From Octopus sinensis (Eukaryota), in assembly GCF_006345805.1 (NCBI RefSeq), contig NW_021833296.1, positions 11,891 through 75,890 on the forward strand: 64,000 nt of DNA, given 5' to 3'. The notes beneath the pieces were generated by a model. The model saw only the letters and a list, made by a program, of their open reading frames with translations. It was not told the DNA's origin and did no database searches. Numbering within the stretch: the stretch's first letter is position 1; every line of letters starts with the position of its first letter. Shown one piece after another: positions 40,437 through 54,123 of this stretch. The position numbers and the translations under genes are program-made.

Positions 40437-40607
40437 GCGCAGGAGTGGCTGTGTGGTAAGTAGCTTGCTAACCAACCACATGGTTCCGGGTTCAGTCTCA
40501 CTGCGTGGCATCTTGGGCAAGTGTCTTCTGCTATAGCTCCGGGCCGACCAATGCCTTGTGAGTGGATTTGGTAGACGGAAACTGAAACAAAGCCTGTCGT
40601 ATATATG

Positions 40608-40638
<31 letters not shown>

Positions 40639-40850
40639 AAATGTTTGTGTGTCTGTGTTTGTCTCCCTAGCATTGCTTGACAGCCGATGCTGGTGTGTTT
40701 ACGTCCCCGTCACTTAGCGGTTCGGCAAAAGAGGCCGATAGAATAAGTACTGGGCTTACAAAGAATAAGTCCCGGGGTCGATTTGCTCGACTAAAAGGCG
40801 GTGATCCAGCATGGCCGCAGTCAAATGACTGAAACAAGTAAAAGAGTAAA
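40437..40850 (+). mobile_element. SINE1, full length, close to consensus
   Basis: GCGCAGGAGTGGCTGTGTGGTAAGTAGCTTGC...AACAAGTAAAAGAGTAAAAGAG. Confidence 0.92.
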
Positions 40851-41742
40851 AGAGAGTAAAGAGAGAGTGCTAGTAGAGAGTAAGATTTGGCTGCTATTTC
40901 TAGCTGGCCGAACGACTATGTAAAGGTCTTCTCTTGTCTCGTGATTATAACGTAGATGGTGGATGTTGATGGGGGATAACGTTGGCGTTGCGGTTGCTAG
41001 GTAGCTACAGGTCAGTTCCGATCTGGCAGACTTATGATCAGAGGTACTCCATCCGAGACCATCCCAACTTTTAAATCATATATAGCTTATGTAGACCAAC
41101 AGTATCCAATATCATGTATGTATATGTATGTGCGTGTGTGCATGTGTTCATATACTTATACACACACACATTTGCATATGCATACACACACATACAAACT
41201 CACACACAGACACACAAACACACATATTAGTAGGTGTGGATTGATGGACATTTAGCTATTATATCTAGCAAAGTAGTATTATATCTAACCACGTAGTGGC
41301 TTACTCGTTGGTTCAAAATTTGGGTGTTATTCATGTTGTTTAGATGTAAGGCGAGCTACGATCGAGCATGCTTATGAACAAAGCAATCCGATTATGACCA
41401 TCCAGTACGTATTCCCTGCACAATGCACGCAGAACATAAGATCGAAAGTGTCCTTTCTTAAGAATGTAGGATGCAAAATATGAGACTCAACTGCTATTTC
41501 TAGCAGGTCATGCTAGAAATACCTTTTGGCCCGTTCATCATCCGTTTCTTATGGAGTGACGTCGATAGGGTGCAATGCTGATAAGAATAATTCTCATGGC
41601 GATGAGGATGGTGATATCGGGGATAGTACTGCGGTCGTGTGTGTGTGTACACGTAGGTGTAATATGTATCCATATCTCTCTCTCCCCCTCTCTCTCTGTA
41701 TACACACAGACACACACACACAAACGCAGCCATACACACACA

Positions 41743-43031
41743 CAGTGAGGTGAATAAATTGTCGTCTAACTTAACGTAAAAATGAAAATAACACTGGTAT
41801 CTCATTTTAACAGATATATTTACCAAAATTACACAAAAATATCTTTAAATACGAAAGAGTAAATTTATTCAATAAAATCGCCATTGGCTTCAACCAGGGC
41901 CTCCACACGACTCCGGAATCTCCTGCAACTCTTCTGGACGGTCTCTTTGTTTAAGTTGGTGAATGCTGCCATTATCCTTGCCTTCAGTTCATCTTTGGTG
42001 TTACAAAGAGTTTTGTTGGTCTCTCGCTCCCCACACATAATAATGAAGAGGGTTGCAGTCTGAGAAGTTAGATAGCCAGATGTTAGAGGTGCTATGGTCT
42101 CAGAAATTGTCTGACAGCAATGATTGGGTTCTCCTGCTTGTGTAGCATGGTGCAGAGTCCTCTTGCCAGACATAGGGTCTTCCAACAGCCACCCTCTTGA
42201 CCCAGGCAGCACTACCTCATCCAGGCACTTGATGTAGGTCTCCGTGTTGAGTCTGAGGCTGTGTGGAAAGATGAATGGAGGCATAACGTCGCCATCATTA
42301 GTGTTCACTCCAAACACCATGGTGTTGACTGGATGTTTGATTGTTATCACTTTCGGTACATGTTTTGGGAACAAGGCAAGCCAACGGTTGTTCTGTGTGT
42401 TCACCACCTGATCCTGGCAGAAAATTTTCTCGTCTGAGAAAAACCAAAGCATGTGCAGTTGGAGGGGATGCTTAAGTTTGTTGAAAAGCTTTGTAGCGCG
42501 GTCTTTTCTCTTGTCCTTCATAGCTTGGGATAAGAATTGGCCCTTTCTCATCATGTATGAGGAATACCGAATGTCTTCATGCATTACCTGCCTCATAAAA
42601 AATTCAGACACTCCCATTTCCCTGGAGATGGACCTGATTGACTTGGCGGGATCATTGTCAATCATGGCTTCGATCTCACTAACAAATTCAAGAGTCCTTT
42701 TCTTATCAGACCGATCAGAGTGAGTTTTCCGAGCTGCAGTACCTTCGTAGTCACCATTAGACTCAGCCAACTCTTTCTGAATCTTCTGCACTGACCTCAG
42801 ATAGACACCCAAATACTCTGAAATGTTCGTATTAGAGCTTCCGGTGCGAATGCCAAGAAGTACAGCAAGTTGTTTCCAAATTTCGGGCAGGGTGAATTGC
42901 GCCATGGTGCTGTTTTTCTCACATACGGTGCACAACTGACCCTACTATACTGTGTAGTCGACAAAACCAAAAACAATTTGCATACGCGAAATTAAAAATA
43001 CAATATGGGGACAATTTATCCATCGCAGCCT
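41743..43031 (-). mobile_element. Tc1/mariner superfamily DD37D (maT-type) DNA transposon
   Basis: Transposase ORF 41865-42935. Imperfect terminal inverted repeats share G(A/G)ATAAATTGTC (41751-41764 and 43012-43024); TA at the right flank. Confidence 0.85.
41865..42906 (-). pseudogene. DD37D transposase, frameshifted, third catalytic Asp mutated
   Basis: WFFSDEKIF...NTQNNRW, MVFGV. The alternate frame reads YVWQEDSAPCYTSRRTQS...FSDCNPLHYYVWG, with 37 residues between D2 and the D3 position (CAT, His, where Asp is expected). Confidence 0.9.
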
Positions 43032-43055
43032 ATATATATGTATGTGTGTGTATGT

Positions 43056-43088
<33 letters not shown>

Positions 43089-43179
43089 CATATGCAAATA
43101 TGTATCATATATGTACATATATATTGAAGTATGAATGAGAATATATGTACACATATATGTATGTATATATATATATCAT

Positions 43180-43213
<34 letters not shown>

Positions 43214-43307
43214 ATTGTGTGTGTGTGTGCGTGCATGTATGTATGTATATTTCTCTCTTTCTGTCTGTCTGTCTGTCTCTCTCTGTCTCTCTGTCTCTCT
43301 CTCTCAC

Positions 43308-43397
<90 letters not shown>

Positions 43398-43759
43398 TTG
43401 GTTGTAGTTGCAAATAAAGCGATGTTATTGCTGTATTTGTTTGTTGTTAAATCGCAGAACAATTCCTATCTAGCAGACCTTTTAATGAAAGACGTCTCAA
43501 ATGTGACCATCCTGTCGATGTTTCAGCCATAGTATATCTGGGACAGCATTATTCAACCTGCTCTTCACTTTTTCTTTTCTATATTTTTCGTTTTCCTCTT
43601 TTTATTTTTCTCTTCGTTATTATATTATTTCTGTTTTTTTTTTTGTTAAAGATGAGACCGTACGTTAAAGAGTTAACTGCTATTTCTAGCCAGTCGAGTG
43701 ACTACCTACAAAATTAGTGGTTCCCTCGTTGGCAAGGTGCCAATGATATTGTTATTGTT

Positions 43760-44322
43760 ATCGTTGATGGTGGTTACGGTTGGGGAAGACGTGAGATGGT
43801 GACGGTGGTAGGGAAGCAAAGCCGGTGCTACTCAATGTAGAACTGGTGGCGGTCTTGGTGGCGGTGGTGGAGGAGGTAGTGATGATGTAACGATGGTGGG
43901 GGTGTGGAGTTGACGGTGATGATGTAACAGAAGTGGCAGTGGCGGTGGGAAGTATGGTGATTGTGGTGGTGGTGGTGGCGGTGGTGGTAGTCGTGATGAT
44001 GATGACGACGATGATGATGACGATGATGATGTTGAAGATGGTGATGATAGGAATAGTCGTGGTGGTGGTGGTGGTGATGGAGACGGAGAAAGAGGAGGAA
44101 AAGGGAATTGGATGTTTACAGAATCGATCAGCGCTCATAACAGCCAGAGTGGCATCACGAGATGAGAATAAGCATTATCGCCAATGCCGACGTCGCCACT
44201 ATCATTTCTGGCAGCAGCCATCGTCATCATCACCATCATCATCGTCCGTCGTCGTCGTCGTCATCGTCATCATCATCATCACCATCATCACCATCATCAC
44301 CATCATCATCATCACCATCACC

Positions 44323-44354
<32 letters not shown>

Positions 44355-44444
44355 CATCATCGTCATCATCATCATCATCATCATCAGCATCATCATCATC
44401 ATCATCACCATCATCATAATCATCATCATCATCAACCCCCCACC

Positions 44445-44489
<45 letters not shown>

Positions 44490-44510
44490 TTCATCATCAT
44501 CATCATCATC

Positions 44511-44560
<50 letters not shown>

Positions 44561-44569
44561 AATCATCAC

Positions 44570-44605
<36 letters not shown>

Positions 44606-44802
44606 TATCACCGTCGTCGCCGTCATCGTCGTCGTCGTCGTCGTCATTGTCATCGTCGTCATCGTCATCGTCACCGTAAACGTCGCCGTCGTCCTAGCTG
44701 TCATCATAGTCACCACCACCGTTATCGTCATCGCTACCACCATCGAATACAGCAACACCAACACCACCAACCACCTCCTCCTCCTCCTCCTCCTCCTCCT
44801 CC

Positions 44803-44841
<39 letters not shown>

Positions 44842-45790
44842 CCATCATCATCATCATCCTCATCATCATCACCATCATCATTATAATTATTGTGACCATA
44901 CGCATTGTCGCAGCCCTTCGACATCGTCATAGTCACCACCAACAACTCCACCTCAGCTTCTACCACAACCACCGCCACCACCGCCACTGCCGTCATCTTC
45001 GCCATCAATGTCACTGTCATCTCGTCACCATTGTCATCGTCATCATCATCGTCATTACTGTCCCCGAAAACGTTGTCGCAGTCCTTCTTATCATAACCAT
45101 CACCCCTCCCCCCATCCCTAATCCCACTACCACCACCACCACTGCTGCTGCCGGCGCCACCTCTTCCACCGGCACCACCACCACTACCATCACCACCACC
45201 CGTGATATGACCACCGCCGTCGCCGCCGCTGTCGCATACCACCACCACAACCACTGCTGCCGGCGACACCTCTGCCACCGGCACAACCACCAGCATCACC
45301 ACCACCCCTAGAATCACTACCACGCCTAGTATCACCACTACCGCCGCCTCCGCCGCTACTGCATACCACCACCACAACCACCACCTGCTGTCGCCACCTC
45401 TGCCACCGGCACAACCACCACCATCACCACCACCACTATCATCACCACCACCACCACCGCCGCCGCTGCATATCACCACCACCACCCAATAACCACCATC
45501 ACCACCGCCACCGCCTCTGTCGCCGCTGCCGCTACCTATACCACCACCGCCAAAATCACAACCATTACTCGTTTAGATCATCATTATCATCACTCATTTT
45601 CATCATCACCATTGTCATCACCGTTAATCGTCGACATCGCCTCGTCATCGTCGTCGTCGTTTCATCGTCGTCGCCCCATCGTCATCATTGTCGTCGCTGT
45701 CGTCTTCTTCGTCATCATTGTCGTCGCTGTCGTCTTCTTTGTCATCATTGCTGTCAACATAAATTGTATTCCTTGCTATCACCACCACCA
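43760..45790. repeat. Compound trinucleotide array (CAT/CAC/CGT) with an approximately 130-bp higher-order unit at 45120-45550
   Basis: Recurring CTGCTGCCGGCG(C/A)CACCTCT(T/G)CCACCGGCAC. Confidence 0.9.
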
Positions 45791-46539
45791 CCATTGCAGT
45801 GTCTGTACCAAACAATAATTTAAGCCAACCGAAACGGCTGCAAGGAAAACTTTTTCAAACTCTAAGATAACCTTTTATGAGATCGCTTAATTAGCTAAAA
45901 ATAGCAACTAAATATCCTTCTGATCATACTCTGCCGTCTTAGAATAAGTGTTCATTGTATACTGCGAAGTTAAGTCCCTTGGACACACGGAACGAAAACA
46001 AAAAAACAAAAAAAAGTCAGGATGGCCACGACTGGAGTATCTTAAAACATAGATCAGGACTAGCGTTTGTAACGGGATGAGGTTAAACACAGCCACTAGC
46101 ACCACCGACATCAACTACAGCTGCAAAAGCAAAAACAAAAAGAAATAGCTACACCAAATTTCGTAGAGGTACTACTACTACTACTACTATACTACTACTA
46201 CTACTACTACTACTACATTAAATATTAACAGCGATAAAAACATAAATATACGAATGTAAGTATTATCAAGTGAAAAAACAAAACAGTAACGATAGCTTGA
46301 TCGGTCAGTCGATCAATCAGTCGCTCAATCAATCAATAATCGATCGATCAATAATAGGAAACTCAATGACCTACACTACAGTAACTCAACCAAAATATTA
46401 CAATAGTTGCAAAAATAAATTGATTCTGATTTCGGAACAAGGCCAGCAGTTTTGGTGGGAGATGTTAGGGGATACCATGGACCCCAAAATTTAACTGGTA
46501 CCATATTTTGATTGACAACGCTGGAATGACAAGCAAAAT

Positions 46540-46717
46540 TACCGTATTTTAACGTGTATAAGCCCCCCCCCCCTTTTTTTTAAATAAAAAATTCGGTTTA
46601 AAAATATGGGAGTTTCTTATACATGGATAGTATTATAATCTCTTATAAAACCCTTTTTTTTTTCAAATTTCAAGCCCCCCAAATTAGGAAGTTCCTTATA
46701 CACGTTAAAATACAGTA
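46540..46717. mobile_element. MITE with pogo/Tigger-like termini
   Basis: TACCGTATTTTAACGTGTATAAG ... CTTATACACGTTAAAATACAGTA: 23-bp TIR including TA, one mismatch. It interrupts an old SINE2 copy. Confidence 0.85.
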
Positions 46718-47633
46718 ATCCCTGTGAGAATCGAACTCAGAACAGCAATAGATACAAAACATAGCCAACAAACGAAGAAGTCTCTGAAAGGTAATTGGGC
46801 CCGCTAAAAATAGCAGCCTAATCTTACTCAAGTCCTAGGTACCCTACGACAATCAGATCTGAGAGAAAAGGTTCCTCCTACAGCTTCTGGGGGATTTCTG
46901 AGACCCCTGAGACTGATGCCTTTAAGGTTCCACTTAAATTATTGCAAATCGATGACTAGATTAAGAAGTTTCAATGAGAGTCATATTTTGCGGAAATAAC
47001 TCTGCACAGTGGATAGTCCGCAATCTGGAGTAAGATAACAAAGATAACAACGGAGGTGATACAAGTTGAAGAGGCAATACATTTGAGTCGAGAGTACGTG
47101 AGTAAATATGTTACGAAGTTATAAGACCAACAAGTAGTGAGGAGCAGAAAATTTCGTAGTAGCGGTACAAATGGCAGAGAGAGAGAGAGAGAGAGGGAGA
47201 GAGAAAGAGAGAGGGAGAGAGGGAGAGGGAGAGGGAGAGAGGGAGAGAGAGAGAAGACACTGCAGATTGTGGGATAAATGTTTGAAGTGTTCATTTGAAT
47301 GCTTTCATGTCAAGGGGTCCTTTATAAGAGGAGAGAAATGCAGGGTAACATGTGGATCTCATATAGAGGGACAAGATCTAACGGAGCCTGTTTATGGGTC
47401 CGGCATATACAGAACTGGTTGTTAATGTTTTTCTGGTTCAGAAGAAGAAAGCTGGTCTTTCAGATGTAATTTTTATTGGAAAACAGTGGAAGACAGATGG
47501 TTACGGTTGGGCGGCATTTTAGTATACGCCGGTTCTGTTAAAGCACTACGTGATTGATACATTAGGTCTATTAGAAACTGCAGCTAATCACCTCCTAAAC
47601 TATGCCCTACCATATTATAAAATGAAGAACATA

Positions 47634-48790
47634 CGAGAGGGTACCCAAAAGTAACTGGAAACGTCCTCTGTGGAACAAGCCCGTGGTAGTTCAAGCTTCC
47701 CCCGCTAGAAGTCGCTTGACACGACCTTCAGACATCAGTCTACTGACTAGCGTTATTCTGTGAGTTTATACTTATTTCTTTATTACCCACAAGGAGCTAA
47801 ACACAGAGGGGACAAACAAGGACAGACATAGTTATTAAGTCGATTATATCGACCCCAGTGCGTAACTGGTAATTATTTAATCGACCCCGAAAGGATGAAA
47901 GGCTAAGTCGACCGCGTCGGAATTTGAACTCACAACGTAACAACAGACGAAATGCGGCTACGCATTTCGCCCGGCGTGCTAACGTTTCTGCCAGCTCGCC
48001 GCCTTTAAGTGAGTTTATGCTGCTAAGTGATGCGCCTTTGTTTTGCAGTGTTTCTCCCTTGTTCGTCGATTTTTGCAATGGCTGAAACAAAGGAACGATG
48101 TGCTCCCGTGAAATTCTGTTTCCTACTGGGGAAAACGACGGCTGAAACAGTTGCTATCAAACAGCTTACAAAAATGCTGCAATAAGCAAAACAAAAGTTT
48201 ACGAGTGATTTTCACGCTATAGGAATGGTCACTTCGCGCTTGAGGACCAACCTCGTTCAGAGTGACCATCGACCTCCCGAACGAATGAAAACATGAGAAG
48301 TCACGAACTGATTCTTGGAGGATCGTCACCGAACAATTGACGAAATTGTTGATATGACTGGTGCGTCCTGGAACTCCTGCCAACGAATTTTGAACAAGGA
48401 ATTGGGAATGCAGCAAAAAGAGTTGCAGCAAAATTTGTGCCTCGCTTGCTCACGGAAGATCAAAAGCTGTCACGAATGAAAGCGTGTCGTGAACTACTGG
48501 AAGTTGACGCAGACCCTTTTTCGAAGGTCATCACTGGTGATGAAAGCTGGTGCTACGGAATTTGCAGATGTGGAAGAGGAGAAAAAAAAAACCAAAACAA
48601 AAAAAAAAACAAGGATGCGTTAAAAGGCATCAATTTGCAAGTGTCCCAGCACTGCTTTAAACAGTGGAAAAAGCGTCTGTATCGATGCATTGCTTCAAAT
48701 GAAGAAAACTTTGTAGGCGATAAAAGTGTAAACATGTAAAACTAAGAAAATAAGATAATATTGCAGAACTCGGTGACTCTGAGAGCAATG
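47634..48790 (+). mobile_element. Degenerate mariner (DD34D-type) with internal deletion and an inserted SINE
   Basis: Left end TA-CGAGAGGGTACCCAAAAGTAAC. From ATG 48078: MAETKERCAPVKFCFLLGKT..., RVAAKFVPRLLTEDQK, VITGDESWCYG, then a jump to the C-terminus CFKQWKKRLYRCIAS. Right TIR decayed. Confidence 0.85.
47772..48003 (-). mobile_element. SINE2 tail B inside the mariner relic
   Basis: TSD GTGAGTTTAT at 47760-47769 and 48009-48018. Confidence 0.9.
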
Positions 48791-49346
48791 CCGGCGGAGT
48801 GCAAGCTCCTGGGATTTGCCTTCATGCTAGATAGTTAAAAAAATACAGGTTAGACTGATATGGCCCATCTCTTCCCAGAGGTAAAAGTGAGTTTGCATAG
48901 GGCCCTAGAAAAGAAAAACGCTAAGTTACAGAAGCATCGATGACTGAAAAAGGCAAAAGCCCACAGTCGTGAACAGTGGCCTATACTCGATAGGGAGCGA
49001 AGGGCTTCATGTAAATTGTAATATCCGGAGTGGCTAGCAGGGAATTATACATCAGCTGCCACATTCATGCTGTCCAAACAAAGTTTGTAATTCTTTGTTG
49101 CTCTTCTGCAAGACAGATCGATATCTTTACATGTTTGGGCCAATTTAACATATGGTCCAGGAAACCGTTTAATGCATCTGTTGTCTATCACACAAAATGA
49201 GAATTTCTCTTGAGGTTACCACAGAGATAATGTGTTCATATGGGCTTTAGCAATTCTAAAGGGCCTAGAAGGGCGTGGAAGCTCTGTCGGTATGTTATAA
49301 TCAATTTGACTGCGATGAATTTTGTTCGTTAAGAATGTAAAAGTGT

Positions 49347-49571
49347 GGCGAGCTGGCAGATACGTTAGCAACCGGGCAAAATGTTTAGCGGTATTTCGTC
49401 TACCGTTACGTTCTGAGTTCAAATTCCGCCGAGGTCGACTTTGCCTTACATCCTTTCTGGGTCGATAAATTAAGTACCATTTACGCAGTGGGGTCGATGT
49501 AATCGTCTTAATCCCTTCCTCTGTCCTTGTTTGTCCCCTCTATGTTTAGCTCCTTGTGGGCAATAAAGAAA
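49347..49571 (+). mobile_element. SINE2 tail B with a 19-bp TSD
   Basis: TAAGAATGTAAAAGTGTGG at 49330-49348 and 49572-49590. Confidence 0.92.
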
Positions 49572-50006
49572 TAAGAATGTAAAAGTGTGGGTACATGGCA
49601 AGATATCTTCTCCGATGTACTAGTGAGGAAAGTAGCAAAAGGTAGCATAAAGAATGCTCGGTCGTGACTGATATTTGAACTCATACTCGCAAATTTTGAC
49701 TTACCGTTTGAATTAATTAAAATCAGTTGATATGTCAGTTTCGAACTGATATGCGTGACAACGTATTCAGTTAATCAGCACAAGCTCTCATATTAATTAT
49801 GGCTTCCATTAAAGCCGTTACCTCGCCAAACAGATATTGTAAGCGAGATACATACATAATACACACACACACACGCACATATACCAACATACTACATATA
49901 TTACATATATTATATATATATGTATATATATATATGTATATATATGAACATATATAATATAATATATCTATATATTATCTATATATGTATATATATATAT
50001 ATGAAC

Positions 50007-50047
<41 letters not shown>

Positions 50048-50057
50048 GATTTATTAT

Positions 50058-50093
<36 letters not shown>

Positions 50094-50194
50094 CATATTC
50101 CACACACATATATGAATATATATAATATATTATATATATATATATAACGAGAAAAAGGAGGCGAGCGAGGGTAGACAGGAAGGTCGAGAGATCC

Positions 50195-50227
<33 letters not shown>

Positions 50228-50994
50228 CAGAGAGACAGAGAGAGAGACAGAGACAGACAGAGAGACAGACAGACAGACAAACAGACATACAGATAGACAG
50301 ACAAAGTAGAAAGCATAGAAATACAAAGTCTGGAAGTGGTAAAATCCTTAATGGTGAGCAGGTGAAGGGCGAGAATAGTAAAACAGGTCTATATATACAT
50401 ATATGTAACAGGCATGTGTCTGTGTGTGTAAACTGCGTGTGTGTATGTGTGTGTGTGTGGAGTGTATATTGTACCAAAGATAGAATAAAGTATTATAGGC
50501 GCATGCCAGTTGGACGCAGGAAATTGTGCGATCTTATATGCGTAGACAATACGTCAGTCAATGAGAAATTGACGATGCAACAAGCATGGCAGAAGAAAAG
50601 TTCCAAAAATGGACGGTATTGCGGTCTTAAAATGAAATAGCGTCCAACTGTATCAGGGGAGGTAACTTAGATACAGTGAAAGTAAGATTAAGTCACTTGG
50701 ATATAATTTCAAGAATTCATACTTGTAAAAGACGGGAATTAAATGAGAAATAAATTTACATACGCCGCCACCCCACACATATTAACGCGCACTCGCAAAC
50801 ACTCATATATCTTTATGTGCACGTGCGTGTACTGGCGCATGCGTATATTTCCCATCTACTCCATTTAAATGCACACACACATATATGTATGTATATACAT
50901 ACTATATATTATATACATAGATATATACACACCTACATATATAGATATGTATATGGATATGTGTATATATACGTATGTATATAAGTATATATAC

Positions 50995-51220
50995 TTTTAC
51001 TCTTTTACTCTTTTACTTGTTTCAGTCATTTGAATGTGGCCATGCTGGAGCACCGCCTTTAATCGAGGAAATCGACCCCAGGACTTATTCTTTGTAAGCC
51101 CAGTACTTATTCTATCGGTCTTTTTTGCCGAACTGCTAAGTTACAGGGAGGCAAACACACCAGCATCAGTTGTCAAGTGATGTTGGGGAGACAAACACAG
51201 ACACACAAACACACACGCAC

Positions 51221-51251
<31 letters not shown>

Positions 51252-51414
51252 CGACAGGCTTCTTTCAGTTTCCGTCTACCAAATCCACTCACAAGGCTTT
51301 GATCGACCCGAGGCTAGAGTAGAAGACACCTGCCCAAGGTGCCACGCAGTGGGACTGAACCCAGAACCATGTGGTTCGTAAGCAAGCTACTTACCATACA
51401 GCCTCTCCTGCGCC
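50995..51414 (-). mobile_element. SINE1, full length
   Basis: Family consensus with a (TTTTACTC)-type tail. Confidence 0.92.
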
Positions 51415-51819
51415 ATATGTTCATATGTATATATTTATAAAATATTTTTTTGGTTTTTATTGGTATAAGCAAGCAGTATCAAAGGTATGAAAAGAAGTGT
51501 GCGAAAGAGATGATATGGAATGTATGCCTTTATATCTGAGAGGCGGTTGTCAATTTTCTTGCAGGACAGTGATTAGCGTATGTACATATTTATCCGCGCA
51601 AGAACATATGTGTGATATTTCATATCTATTGTTCAGGCCGGGCCGCTTCTTAAAAGTTTTTTTTTTCTGTATGAAATACATGTACTGTCAGTAATTCGTA
51701 AATGACAATTATTCTGAGTACAATCGGTATACATCCACACAAAACTTTTCTCTATATTATATCGTTATGGGTATTACTACATCTAACTCTTCCACTGAGT
51801 TCGGTTCACATTTTCGAAA

Positions 51820-52202
51820 TCTTTCTCTATATAAACGGCAGTTTGTCTGTGCGTGTTTCTGTGTGTCTGTTTGCTTGTACCCTCACCCTGACCACGGCTT
51901 TCAACCGATTCTGATGAAACTTGACACACACATAGCCCAATGTCATAATTCAAAACTAACGCAGCGAAAATTTTGAAAAGTTTCCCCAGTTCTGAAAAAA
52001 ATCAATAAATTCGACATGGGGTCGAGAATCAGAAACAGGAACCACAAACTGTCTAGGGGACGCAACTCCACCTTTTTTAATCTAAAAAAAAACTTACCAT
52101 CATTTTTTTCCATTTTTTTGCTATTTTTTAGCTATAACTCTCTAAAAATGCTTTATAGTTATTTCCCTTACAAACCTGAGCAACGCCGGGCGATACTGCT
52201 AG
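51820..52202 (+). mobile_element. Non-autonomous Helitron (about 380 bp)
   Basis: A|TCTTTCTCTATATAAA 5' end; 3' end CCTGAGCAACGCCGGG (imperfect hairpin) then GATACTGCTAG|T; inserted between A and T with no TSD. Confidence 0.85.
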
Positions 52203-52359
52203 TTATCTATACAATAAAAGTATTAGTATTTATATGTACGCGTATGCGTGCATGTATGTCGTATGTACTTCTCTCTCTCACTTTCACTCACTACTTACCT
52301 ATCTATTTATCTCTCCATCTCTCTCTCTCTTTCTAGATATATATATGTATAGATATATA

Positions 52360-52570
52360 TATATAGTTAATCCAAACATGAAAACACAAAGAGAAAACAC
52401 AACAACGCGACGACGTGGAACAAATATAGTATTATTGGACGCTCAGGAAAGAAGGAAAGGAGGGTTTAACGTTTCGAGCGGAACACTTCGTCAGAAACAT
52501 AGGAAATGGAAAGATCCAAAGAAGGGAAGACGGAGGAAAAAATTCGCCAACGGTACACACGCAATCACAT
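52360..52570 (-). mobile_element. Family X repeat with a minimal HHR at 52464-52498
   Basis: GUUU-CUGACGA-AGUG-UUCCG-CUC-GAAAC-GUU-AAAC. Confidence 0.7.
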
Positions 52571-52699
52571 TTTGAATATATATATATAAATACACATACA
52601 TACATTATATGCGTGCAGGTATGTGTTTGGGTGTATGTGCGCGTTTGTGTGCGTGTGCGTGAGTGAGTGTATGTTTGTATGAACTTTACGGTATACTTT

Positions 52700-52885
52700 T
52701 ATTCTTTTATTTGTTTGTCATTTGACTGCGGCCATACTGGAGCACTGCCTTTAGTCAAACAAATCAACCCCAGTACTTATTCACTGTAAGCCTAGTACTT
52801 ATTTTATAGGTATTTTTTTGCCGAACCGCTACGTTATGGGGACGTAAACACACCAACATCGCTGGTCAAGCGATGCTGGAGGGGA
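52700..52885 (-). mobile_element. SINE1 3' half
   Basis: Family consensus. Confidence 0.8.
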
Positions 52886-52934
52886 CCAATTAAGGAATCT
52901 TCATATTTCCTTTTTAGTCTAATGAGTTTAGTTG

Positions 52935-53085
52935 GCTGTAGAGGCGTGTAGATTAGTAGTTACGACCTTGCCTCCATAATCATAGGATTGTAGTTTCGAT
53001 TCCTGGACGGGGCAAGTCGTTGTGTTTTAAAGCAAAATACTTCTTTTCATATTGCACCAGTCCGTTCAGAAGACAAAGATGATTA
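52935..53085 (+). mobile_element. SINE3 head, diverged
   Basis: GTAGTTTCGATTCCTGGACGGGGC...AAAGCAAAATACT. Confidence 0.65.
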
Positions 53086-53251
53086 ATCCTGCGACGGACC
53101 GGCCTTCCGGTCAGTGTAAAATATATTCCCCACGAAATCCGGTAAAACCTTCCTTATGAGTCTATGACTGGGGAAGAACCTTCGATCGACTTTTTCTTAG
53201 TTGAGTTGGAAACAATATGGTTCGCAAATCCATTATTATAAACTCACCGAT

Positions 53252-53451
53252 GGCGGTGAGCTGGCAGAATCGTTAGCACACCGGGCAAAATGCTTAGAAG
53301 CATTTCGTCTGTCTGCACTTTCTGGGTTCAAATTCCACCGAGGTCGACTTTGTCTTTCATCCTTTCGGGGTCGATAAAATAAGTACCAATTGAGTACCCT
53401 GGCGTCAATGTAATCGAATTTCGGGCCTTGTGCCTATAGTAGAAAGGATTA
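53252..53451 (+). mobile_element. SINE2 tail A
   Basis: Same head and body; tail TTTCGGGCCTTGTGCCTATAGTAGAAAGGATT. Confidence 0.85.
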
Positions 53452-53490
53452 TCATAGACTTATCACACAACGATGTACACATCGGCAAAC

Positions 53491-53567
<77 letters not shown>

Positions 53568-53654
53568 TATAATAATAATAATAAATAATAGAATAAAATA
53601 AAATATAAGAAAACGATACATCTTAGTTTTAGAACCAAATTGCGTTATGTGAAG

Positions 53655-53950
53655 GTATGCGGTTAGGGTATTTAGTTCACGTTCATGAATTGGTGAGTTC
53701 GATACCCGGTAGAACGTTGTGTGCTTGAGCAAGACACTTTATACCCCGTTGCACCAGTCCACTCAGCTGGCAAATATGAGTTGTACTTGTATTTCAAAGG
53801 GCTAACCTCGTCACAGACTGTCTCACTGAATTTCCCTGAGGACCCCCGCTAAGGGGACGCAGTGCTCAGCCACTTGCACGTTAATTTCATGAGCAGACTG
53901 TTCCGTTGAAGGGATCGACTGGAACCCTCATCTTTGTAACCGATGGAGTA
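53655..53950 (+). mobile_element. SINE3-like head and body with tail C
   Basis: Tail GTGCTCAGCCACTTGCACGTTAATTTC...GTAACCGATGGAGT is shared with 62105-62482. Confidence 0.75.
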
Positions 53951-54123
53951 CCAATTACCTTACAATATTTGTTCAGCCCTAGTTGTACAGAAAGTCCCTT
54001 GTTTCCCTCGGCATCACATATCCAATGAAACTGCGATCTGTTGGTTGCCAACCTGTAACCAGCGAAGTTACATTCTACAAGGCATTTTTGATCAGTCTTA
54101 GTTCATTATTATGGTTTTCCTAA

